A DNA stretch of 32,000 nt, taken from Pirellula staleyi DSM 6068 (GTDB lineage Bacteria; Planctomycetota; Planctomycetia; Pirellulales; Pirellulaceae). The translations under genes and the position numbers were made by a program. The notes under the pieces are model-generated. The model had not been told where the DNA came from. It did not search any database and saw nothing but the letters and a program-made list of their open reading frames with translations. The number at the start of each line of letters is the position of its first letter. Within the stretch, counting starts at the first letter, position 1. This document shows positions 25,626 through 32,000 of this stretch, piece after piece. The stretch spans positions 5,670,001 to 5,702,000 of the forward strand of contig CP001848.1 in the NCBI GenBank assembly GCA_000025185.1. The letters run 5' to 3'.

Positions 25626-27074
25626 ATGGATCACACCAACACCCTGATGCAACGTGCTCGAACCAAGATTGTCGCCACGGTTGGCCCAGCGTGCCGCGAA
25701 GTGGAGAAGTTGGTTCAGCTGATTCGCGCGGGGGTGTCGGTGTTCCGCATCAACACCGCGCACGGCACGATGGAGCAGCGGAACCAGATTCTCGCCGACA
25801 TCCGTAAAGCCGAGGCGGAAGTGGGCTGGCCCGTGGGTGTGCTGGTGGATCTCGCTGGCCCCAAAATTCGTCTGGGCGAGCTGTTTCAAGACCCGACGAC
25901 CTGCCCTCCTGGCGCAGAGTTTCGCTTCATCAAAGGGGACAAGCCAGCAGCCGCTGACGAGTTCACCTGCACCTACACCACCCTGGTGAGCGAACTGCAG
26001 CTCGGCGACACAGTGATGCTCGCCGATGGGACGGTGAGTATGGTGGTGGTGGGAAAAAGTGCCGACGAAGTGAAGTGCCGCGTGGTGGGTGGTGGCATTT
26101 TGCGCAGCCGCCAAGGGATCAACTTGCCGGGCACCAAACTGAGCGTGGCTTCGCTGACCGAAGCGGATATGACCAACGCCATTTGGGCTGCGAAGAACGA
26201 TATCGATTTCGTCAGCCTCAGTTTTGTGCGATCGCCCGTCAATGTGCTGCTGCTGAAGGAACTGCTCAAGGCCCAAGGCTGCAACGCGATGGTGATCGCG
26301 AAGATCGAAAAACGGGAAGCCATGGATCAGCTGACCGAAGTGGTGGCTGCCGCCGACGGAGTGATGGTGGCGCGTGGCGACCTGGGTGTGGAGATCGACG
26401 TGGCAGAGATCGCCGTTTCGCAAAAGCGAATTGTGCGCGAGTGTCAGCTGCAAGGTAAGCCAGTGATTGTGGCGACTCAGATGCTCGACAGCATGCATCA
26501 CAATCGTCGTCCGACACGGGCTGAAGCGACCGACGTCGCCAATGCGATTCTCGACGGCGCAGATGCGTGCATGCTTTCGGGCGAGACAGCGATCGGTGAA
26601 TTCCCGGTCGAAGCAGTCCAGATGATGAGCCGCATCATGCTCGCCACCGAGCCGCTGCTCTGGGACAAATCGTACCGAACTTCGGAAATTCAAATCAACG
26701 CAACCGATGTGCACCCCATCACCGCCGCCGCTGTGCGGGGTAGTGCTGTGATCGTCGAACAACTCGGCGCGAAGCTCTTGGTGGTGGTCACACGTGGTGG
26801 TGGCACTTGCCGTATCCGCTCGAAACAACGCGATTTTGTGCCGACCATCGGTGTCAGCGATAGTAAGTCCGTGCTACGTCGCCTGTCGCTCTACTGGGGT
26901 GTGACCGCCATCGAAAATGCGCCAGTGCATGATGGACCTGCGCTGCGGGCCTACATCGATGCCTGGGGACGTTCGCAAGGGATCATCCAGAAAGGTGACC
27001 GGATTGTGTTCGTCACTGGCACGAACTTCTATCCGATGGCGCAAAACCTGCTCGTCGTTCACGAAGCAGAATAG
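25626..27074 (+). CDS. pyk: pyruvate kinase
   Basis: 482 aa from ATG 25626. Motifs: TKIVATVGPA, VFRINTAHG, VDLAGPKIRLG, MVARGDLGVEI, ATQMLDSM and MLSGETA. Confidence 0.95.
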   Translation: MDHTNTLMQRARTKIVATVGPACREVEKLVQLIRAGVSVFRINTAHGTMEQRNQILADIRKAEAEVGWPVGVLVDLAGPKIRLGELFQDPTTCPPGAEFRFIKGDKPAAADEFTCTYTTLVSELQLGDTVMLADGTVSMVVVGKSADEVKCRVVGGGILRSRQGINLPGTKLSVASLTEADMTNAIWAAKNDIDFVSLSFVRSPVNVLLLKELLKAQGCNAMVIAKIEKREAMDQLTEVVAAADGVMVARGDLGVEIDVAEIAVSQKRIVRECQLQGKPVIVATQMLDSMHHNRRPTRAEATDVANAILDGADACMLSGETAIGEFPVEAVQMMSRIMLATEPLLWDKSYRTSEIQINATDVHPITAAAVRGSAVIVEQLGAKLLVVVTRGGGTCRIRSKQRDFVPTIGVSDSKSVLRRLSLYWGVTAIENAPVHDGPALRAYIDAWGRSQGIIQKGDRIVFVTGTNFYPMAQNLLVVHEAE

Positions 27075-27099
27075 GCTCTGCTTGCTGCCCGATATCTCG

Positions 27100-27149
27100 C
27101 TGGCGATCGCCCGGCATCTTGCTGGCGTTCGCTCAGTGGCGGTCGCCAG
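27100..27149. other. 12-bp long-range stem-loop in the convergent pyk / 951-aa-gene spacer
   Basis: ctggcgatcgcc (27100-27111) pairs with ggcggtcgccag (27138-27149): 11 Watson-Crick pairs plus 1 G-U, with a 26-nt loop. There is no U-tract on either strand, so a terminator role is only a possibility. Confidence 0.3.
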
Positions 27150-27171
27150 GATCGTTGCATAGCAGCGCCGG

Positions 27172-30027
27172 CTATTCAGCTTTGCCCGGCTTGAGCAGCG
27201 TGAAGTCGTCGATCGAGCGTCCGAGATAGAGATGGTCGAAGAAGGCAGCTTGTCCATCGACCGCTGAGAACGCGATGCCGGTGAGGGTGAACTCGCCGAA
27301 ATCAGCAAAAAGATCGCGCGTGACAACGGCGAACTTACCTGGGAGCTTTTCGTCGATCACTACGGAAGCGCCGTAGCATTCTCCACCCGGTCCAGCGTGG
27401 TAGCGAAACTTGGCACCTTCGCGACCAGTCCCCCCGGGTCCCCAAGTGCCGTCATGATTCAGCTGCAGGCAAATCGAGTTGCCCCCCTGCTTGCGCCAAG
27501 CGAAACGAAGGTAGCGAAATTCGCCGGGGCCAGGATTCTCGCGAATCTTGATCCCCTCGGCAGCTGGCACTTGGTGCTTCTGATCGGGCGTGATTTTCAG
27601 CCCCGCTTTGCCGGAGTATTTCTGGCGTTCATCGAGCTCAACCTTGCCTGCTCCTTGCGTCAGCGTGGCGACAAATTCGGGCTCGTCTTCGAAGATCACT
27701 TGCGGCTGTTCAGCGACAGGCTTAGTCCCTTCGATCACCTCAATCTCCACTGGAATCGAAGCCGAGCGAACTGAAGTAGCTGACACCGGCGGCTGAATTA
27801 CGACGAGTGTCGCGCCCGCAATTTTTTGCGGCTTCACTGCAAAGGGGAAGCGAACTTCAAGTTCGAACTCGTTTTTATCAGCTGGGATAATCGCCACCGG
27901 CGCGGTGAGGCCCTTCGGCAAGTTCTCGAGCGTGACAGCCAGGTCGCCAGTAAAACCGAATTGACGAACGATGGCGCCGGTGAATTTGCCGGTCTCACCA
28001 TCACCAGCTTTTGCCTGGATCATCGGCGGCGAGCTGAGTGTTGCAGAAAAGGGTACAACGGTTTCAATACGACGGACCGGTGTAACGACACTTGCGAGCA
28101 CAGTTTTCCCGTCGGCTGAAACCAGTTCGGCTTCGATCGCAATATCCCAAGGTTGTTTGGGAAGATCGGCGGGAACCAGCAGTTGGGCGACGACATCGGA
28201 CGTGACGGCATCCATCAGTTCGGCCGATTCAAGACGGAGTGTACGCTCGACATCATCGACCACTTGATCGGCGTTGTTCACCTTCACCGTCTTTTTGGGC
28301 ATCTGCTGCGTAGTGATCGCCTTCAAGCGATACTTGGCCCCCATCGCGCTGCTGGTGAGCTTGAGGGGAATCGCCAGTTTGTTGCCGAGCGGCAATCGAT
28401 CGGCGTCGTTGGCTTGCCAAACGATTTCGAGTGGCGATTTCTCGGCAATAGCGACGGCAAATTGTGTTCGCAAATCACCTCGCATCGCGGTGCCAGCGTA
28501 CGGAACAAACGAGGCGACGCGCGAGACAGTACCATCGGGCGAAGTGCCGAGGACACGAACACCAGCGGCCCCTTTGGCATCGGCTGCAGCAGCGAGGACC
28601 ACGATGGCACTGCTAGAACCTTCGGCGACGAGATTTCCCGAAACTGTGATGCCAGCGGGAAGTCCCAGGAACTTGAGTTCGATCGGACCGTTGTAGTTGC
28701 GGCGCGTGGCATCGACTCGCACGAGTTGCGCGCTCCCGGCAGCGATGTTCACTTCGCTTCGGGTGAGCAACAGATCGAAATCGGGTCGCGCGAGGTCGCT
28801 GATGGCAAGTCGATAGGTGTGATCGGCACCGGCGCGACGCTGCATGTCGGTGACCACCACTTCGAGCTGCGGTGTATCGCCTGGAACATTGAAATCGAGC
28901 AGCGGATCGGCGGAACCGCTGGCATCGTCGCTCGTGGCGAGCTGCGCGCCTCCCGGCTTGCGGACCGAAAGGACCGCGTCGATCGACGAGCCTACGCGCT
29001 GCGCGAAAACTTGCAGTCGCAACTTTTGGCCAGCGACCACATCAATCAGATATTTGTCGGCTTCACCAGCCGTAGCGAGCGTGCCGGTGACAGCGACAGG
29101 CACCGTCGCGAGAGGCTGTCCTTTTTCGGTGGTTTCAGCGGTTTCAGTAGCCTCGATGAAGTTGCTGACGGTGGCGAGTGGTCGATGTCCCGTGAACCCT
29201 TGCTTGCTGGCGATGGTGGCGAGGATTTCGTCGGACTGTGCGACTTCGGTGGTCGCGGCAGCATCGAGTCGCACCACAGTGCCCGCACTTCCGGAGCTCA
29301 CTTTGGCATCGATCGCTTCGCCCCATTTGACTCCCAGAGGAAGCGTGAGATCGGCATACGAGAGATCGCCGATTTTCAGTCGATAGTAGCCTGAGCCGGC
29401 AGGACGCAGCAGCTGATCGTGGAGCTCGATGGTGTAGTTGCCATCTTCGGGAAGGACCGTTTCGAGACGTGCATCGCCCGACAATTGGCGACGGGGTGGG
29501 CTCCACGCCACTTGTGCTCCGCGATTTCCATAAAGGCGAATCACCGGCTTGAGTCCCGAGCCGATGCGCTGTGCTTCGCAGTCGACCACGAGCTTGTCGT
29601 TCTTCTTTCCGACGAACTCGAATTTCTGTACCACGTTGGCCCCGACACTTCCATGCAGCGCTAGAGGGAGCACGAGAGGAGTTGGCGGCGTGACGAGTTG
29701 GGGCAACGTATCGACCCCAACGAGCACCGGGGCTGAAACACCCTTCGACGATGCCAAGCGGAGTGGGTAGATGCCAGGCTGAGCTTCAGCATCGATCGTG
29801 ATTTCGATTTCAACGCGGGCTGCTGTTGCCCCTGGCTTGATTGTTTGCGATGCGATTTTTACCGGGAGCAAAATCGTGGGGGCGTCGAGCAGATCGGCAC
29901 CGCTGATAACGATGGTGGTGGGCTGGCCGATTTGCAGCCCATGCATCGAGAGCTGAGTGACGCGTGGTGCGGCGCTCGCCACTTGCAGAGCGAAGAGTGA
30001 CAGGAGGATCGAGGTGAGCCACTTCAT
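27172..30027 (-). CDS. large secreted multidomain protein with two pre-peptidase-C-terminal (PPC)-like domains and an unassigned C-terminal beta-rich domain
   Basis: 951 aa. Signal peptide MKWLTSILLSLFALQVASAAP. PPC-like modules at about aa 122-219 (...KFEFVGKKNDKLVVDCEAQRIGSGLKPVIRLYGNRGAQVA...DGNYTIELHD...YYRLKI) and aa 313-409 (GTLATAGEADKYLIDVVAGQKLRLQVFAQRVGSSIDAVLSVRKPGGAQLATSDD...HTYRLAI). GGAGG Shine-Dalgarno before the ATG on the minus strand. Confidence 0.8.
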   Translation of the reverse strand: MKWLTSILLSLFALQVASAAPRVTQLSMHGLQIGQPTTIVISGADLLDAPTILLPVKIASQTIKPGATAARVEIEITIDAEAQPGIYPLRLASSKGVSAPVLVGVDTLPQLVTPPTPLVLPLALHGSVGANVVQKFEFVGKKNDKLVVDCEAQRIGSGLKPVIRLYGNRGAQVAWSPPRRQLSGDARLETVLPEDGNYTIELHDQLLRPAGSGYYRLKIGDLSYADLTLPLGVKWGEAIDAKVSSGSAGTVVRLDAAATTEVAQSDEILATIASKQGFTGHRPLATVSNFIEATETAETTEKGQPLATVPVAVTGTLATAGEADKYLIDVVAGQKLRLQVFAQRVGSSIDAVLSVRKPGGAQLATSDDASGSADPLLDFNVPGDTPQLEVVVTDMQRRAGADHTYRLAISDLARPDFDLLLTRSEVNIAAGSAQLVRVDATRRNYNGPIELKFLGLPAGITVSGNLVAEGSSSAIVVLAAAADAKGAAGVRVLGTSPDGTVSRVASFVPYAGTAMRGDLRTQFAVAIAEKSPLEIVWQANDADRLPLGNKLAIPLKLTSSAMGAKYRLKAITTQQMPKKTVKVNNADQVVDDVERTLRLESAELMDAVTSDVVAQLLVPADLPKQPWDIAIEAELVSADGKTVLASVVTPVRRIETVVPFSATLSSPPMIQAKAGDGETGKFTGAIVRQFGFTGDLAVTLENLPKGLTAPVAIIPADKNEFELEVRFPFAVKPQKIAGATLVVIQPPVSATSVRSASIPVEIEVIEGTKPVAEQPQVIFEDEPEFVATLTQGAGKVELDERQKYSGKAGLKITPDQKHQVPAAEGIKIRENPGPGEFRYLRFAWRKQGGNSICLQLNHDGTWGPGGTGREGAKFRYHAGPGGECYGASVVIDEKLPGKFAVVTRDLFADFGEFTLTGIAFSAVDGQAAFFDHLYLGRSIDDFTLLKPGKAE

Positions 30028-30109
30028 GGAAGCCTCCGGGAGAGAGTTGCGGCAGGTTGGGCGCTGCTGACGAATCGTGCTGCGGCGCGGCGGGAGGAAA
30101 CTGGGGCGG

Positions 30110-30151
30110 AGACGAAAACAGCCGCACCGAGATGATTTCGGCAGCGGCTGT
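30110..30151 (-). terminator. candidate rho-independent terminator downstream of the DPF-repeat gene
   Basis: acagccgc (30118-30125) and gcggctgt (30144-30151) are exact complements, with an inner ccga/tcgg pairing. Read on the minus strand, the stem is followed by TTTTCGTCTCC. It lies 65 nt after the repeat-gene stop and 90 nt before the 951-aa gene start. Confidence 0.4.
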
Positions 30152-30215
30152 CGCTCGTTAGTCGGCGAGTGCGAAGAGGGGAAATCGCACGCGCCTCATA
30201 AGGTCGTCGTGAACG

Positions 30216-30672
30216 CTATTCAGCAAACGGATCGTCGCTCGGCGCTGGGGCTGGCGCAGGTGCCGGAGCAGCTGGCGCGGCTGGAGCAGCAGGTTCCTCA
30301 GCGAACGGATCATCGCTCGGAGCAGCGGGAGCTGGGGCCGGTGCGGGAGCCGCTGGTGCTTCTGGAGCATCGTCAGCAAACGGATCATCGCTTGGTGCTG
30401 GGGCTGGAGCAGGTGCCGGAGCAGCAGGCGCGGCTGGAGCAGCGGGCTCCTCGGCGAACGGATCATCGCTCGGAGCAGCGGGAGCTGGGGCTGCAGGTGC
30501 AGGAGCGGCGGGTGCTGCGGGTGCTGCTGGTTCTTCAGCGAACGGATCTTCCGAAGGTGCTGGAGCCGGTGCCGGTGCTGGTGCTGCAGGCGCTGGAGCG
30601 GCTGGTGCCGCTGGTTCCTCGCCAAAGGGATCATCGCTCGGTGCAGGAGCTGGTGCTGGCGCAGGAGCTGCA
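30216..30672 (-). repeat. degenerate 75-84-bp coding periodicity (DPFA-type units)
   Basis: aacggatc anchors recur every 75-84 nt. A 38-nt identical stretch gcgaacggatcatcgctcggagcagcgggagctggggc occurs at both 30301 and 30454 (153 nt apart). Confidence 0.6.
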
Positions 30673-32000
30673 GGCTTCACAGGAGCAGCGGGAACTGCTG
30701 GTTCATCACCGAAGGGATCGTCACCAGCGGGAGCTGGTGCAGGTGCTGGCATCGGAGCAGGAGCTGCGGGGGCAGCAGGCTCTTCACCAAACGGATCGGC
30801 ACTGGGTGCAGGAGCAGCTGGCTTTTCTTCGGCTGGCATCTCAGCAGCAGGTGCTGCGGGGGCTGGAGCTGCCGGTTCAGCGCCAAACGGATCATCGCTC
30901 GGTGCTGGGGCAGCTGGTGCGGCTGGCTTCACAGGAGCAGCGGGGGCTGCTGGTTCATCACCAAAGGGATCGTCACCAGCGGGAGCTGGGGCAGGTGCTG
31001 GCATCGGAGCAGGAGCTGCGGGGGCAGCGGGCTCTTCACCAAACGGATCGGCACTGGGTGCTGGGGCAGCTGGCTTCTCTTCGGCTGGCATCTCAGCAGC
31101 GGGTGCTGCGGGGGCTGGAGCCGCTGGCTCGGCGCCAAACGGATCATCGCTCGGTGCTGGGGCAGCTGGTGCGGCTGGCTTCACAGGAGCAGCGGGGGCT
31201 GCTGGTTCTTCGCCGAAGGGATCAGCAGCGCCTGGTGCAGGTGCTGGCATCGGAGCTGGGGCGGTTGGCTCGGCACCGAAAGGATCGTCACCAGCAGGTG
31301 CAGGAGCAGCTGGCTTCTCTTCGGCTGGCATCTCAGCAGCAGGTGCTGCGGGGGCTGGAGCTGCTGGCTCAGCGCCAAAGGGATCCTCAGCGGCGGGTGC
31401 CGGTGGAGCTGGCATCGGGGCTGGTGCAGGAGCAGCGGGGTCAGCACCAAACGGATCTTCACCAGCAGGCGCTGGCATCGGAGCCGGTGGAGGCGATGCT
31501 GGGTCGGCTGGCATTGGGGCTGGAGTGCCAAACGGATCTTCACCAGCAGGCGCTGGCATCGGAGCCGGTGGAGGTGTTGCTGAGTCGGCTGGCATTGGGG
31601 CTGGAGTGCCAAACGGATCTTCACCAGCAGGCGCTGGCATCGGGGCCGGTGGAGGCGTTGCTGGGTCGGCTGGCATTGGCAGCGGAGCAGCTTCGCCCGA
31701 CTCAGGCAACGTGGCAGGAGCCTCGGCACCACCAAACGGATCGCTTGGGTCGGCCTTCGGCGTCACACCTGGAACTGCTGGAGCCGTGCGCGTCGGGTCG
31801 CGAAGCACTTCGTCTTCAGCACGTTTGGTCTCTTCGTAACGAGCTTTGTCGCGCGTCGTTTCTTGGTTGTAAACACTCAGGCGGGCCGAGCGGCGGGCCC
31901 CTTCAATCGCCATCCGATCGCCACCTTGGATGCGTTCCAAGCTGCGACCAATCGGAATCGGCAATCCACCCACGACTTCGAGTTCGGCACCCGTTTTGAA
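30216..32000 (-). CDS. Pro/Ala-rich intrinsically disordered-type protein with 19 acidic DPF(G/A) motifs; 5' end outside the window
   Basis: Minus-strand frame with its stop at 30216-30218, open to position 32000. The codons above the listed GTG at 31973 read ...FKTGAELEVV with no stop. A non-repeat charged segment RMAIEGARRSARLSVYNQETTRDKARYEETKRAEDEVLRDPTRT is followed by ~500 aa of P/A linkers with DPFG x14 and DPFA x5. The strand choice is supported by silent-site divergence between repeat copies (see findings). Confidence 0.75.
   Translation of the reverse strand, partial: FKTGAELEVVGGLPIPIGRSLERIQGGDRMAIEGARRSARLSVYNQETTRDKARYEETKRAEDEVLRDPTRTAPAVPGVTPKADPSDPFGGAEAPATLPESGEAAPLPMPADPATPPPAPMPAPAGEDPFGTPAPMPADSATPPPAPMPAPAGEDPFGTPAPMPADPASPPPAPMPAPAGEDPFGADPAAPAPAPMPAPPAPAAEDPFGAEPAAPAPAAPAAEMPAEEKPAAPAPAGDDPFGAEPTAPAPMPAPAPGAADPFGEEPAAPAAPVKPAAPAAPAPSDDPFGAEPAAPAPAAPAAEMPAEEKPAAPAPSADPFGEEPAAPAAPAPMPAPAPAPAGDDPFGDEPAAPAAPVKPAAPAAPAPSDDPFGAEPAAPAPAAPAAEMPAEEKPAAPAPSADPFGEEPAAPAAPAPMPAPAPAPAGDDPFGDEPAVPAAPVKPAAPAPAPAPAPSDDPFGEEPAAPAAPAPAAPAPAPAPAPSEDPFAEEPAAPAAPAAPAPAAPAPAAPSDDPFAEEPAAPAAPAAPAPAPAPAPSDDPFADDAPEAPAAPAPAPAPAAPSDDPFAEEPAAPAAPAAPAPAPAPAPSDDPFAE
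30673..31395 (-). repeat. 252-bp tandem repeat, about 2.9 copies (84 codons, three DPFG motifs per unit)
   Basis: The anchor ggcttcacaggagcagcgg occurs at 30673, 30925 and 31177, spaced exactly 252 nt. By hand alignment, units 1 and 2 differ at about 13 positions with no indel (~95% identity). Unit 3 is more diverged and carries a net 12-nt deletion. Confidence 0.85.
31447..31689 (-). repeat. 81-bp tandem repeat x3 (27 codons, unit EDPFGTPAPMPADxAxPPPAPMPAPAG)
   Basis: The anchor ccaaacggatcttcaccagcaggcgctggcatcgg occurs at 31447, 31528 and 31609. Units 1 and 2 differ at 3 positions. Confidence 0.85.

Noticed and set aside
25527-26828. 433-aa minus-strand ORF antisense to pyruvate kinase
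   Set aside because: Shadow ORF. It is His/Arg/Cys-rich with no motifs, and the plus strand encodes a canonical pyruvate kinase.
28153-29394. 413-aa plus-strand ORF (and 180-aa and 140-aa neighbours) inside the 951-aa gene
   Set aside because: It is antisense to a gene with a signal peptide, Shine-Dalgarno sequence and domain structure. Its composition is Arg/Gly/Asp/Ser-rich and non-protein-like.
30216-31700. Regular direct repeats that could be mistaken for a CRISPR array or minisatellite
   Set aside because: There are no unique spacers between the repeats. The periods (81, 252 and ~78 nt) are multiples of 3 and lie inside a long ORF whose repeat divergence is synonymous. No cas genes or leader were found.
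30677-31735. Minus-strand alternative-frame ORFs (72 aa at 30677-30895 and 30929-31147; 184 aa at 31181-31735)
   Set aside because: These are out-of-frame readings of the same tandem repeats (Leu/Gln/Pro/Arg-rich). They are duplicated only because the DNA is duplicated.
30077-31999. 640-aa plus-strand ORF (Gln/Arg/Leu/His-rich, QTDHRS... repeats) covering the repeat region
   Set aside because: It is the antisense shadow of the DPF-repeat gene, since the low-complexity GC-rich repeats lack stops in several frames. Differences between the 252-bp repeat copies change ~11 residues in this frame but only 1 in the minus frame. Its non-repeat end (Cys/His/Trp/Arg-rich) looks non-protein-like, and a minus-strand terminator follows the minus-frame stop.

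Overview
The window looks like a moderately GC-rich (roughly 55-60% by eye) bacterial chromosome segment. Gene content suggests Planctomycetota, possibly Pirellulales-like, but this is inference because no database search was possible. (1) 12-13338, all on the + strand: a flagellar hook, motor and export cluster in the gene order known from spirochaetes and Firmicutes. The order is YlxF/FlbB-like, fliK, flgD, flgE, flbD, motA, motB, fliL, fliN, fliO, fliP, fliQ, fliR, flhB. fliM is missing between fliL and fliN, and flhA/flhF are missing after flhB. Several spacers are long and carry strong stem-loops. (2) 13408-27074, mixed strands: sulfotransferase, luciferase-like monooxygenase, alpha/beta hydrolase, SDR, a 2-phosphosulfolactate-phosphatase-family protein, glyQS, a xylose-isomerase-like TIM barrel, a Tat-exported prenyltransferase/terpene-cyclase-like toroid protein, a 66-aa ORF, a Porin_O_P-like outer-membrane porin, a membrane-anchored hypothetical and pyruvate kinase. 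(3) 27172-32000, minus strand: a 951-aa secreted multidomain protein with two PPC-like domains. Upstream of it, running off the window edge, is a Pro/Ala-rich protein with 19 regularly spaced acidic DPF(G/A) motifs, encoded by nested 252-bp and 81-bp tandem DNA repeats. This repeat protein is the most unusual object in the window. I recognised no rRNA, tRNA, CRISPR array, transposase or integrase. All functional calls rest on motif recognition by eye from the supplied translations.
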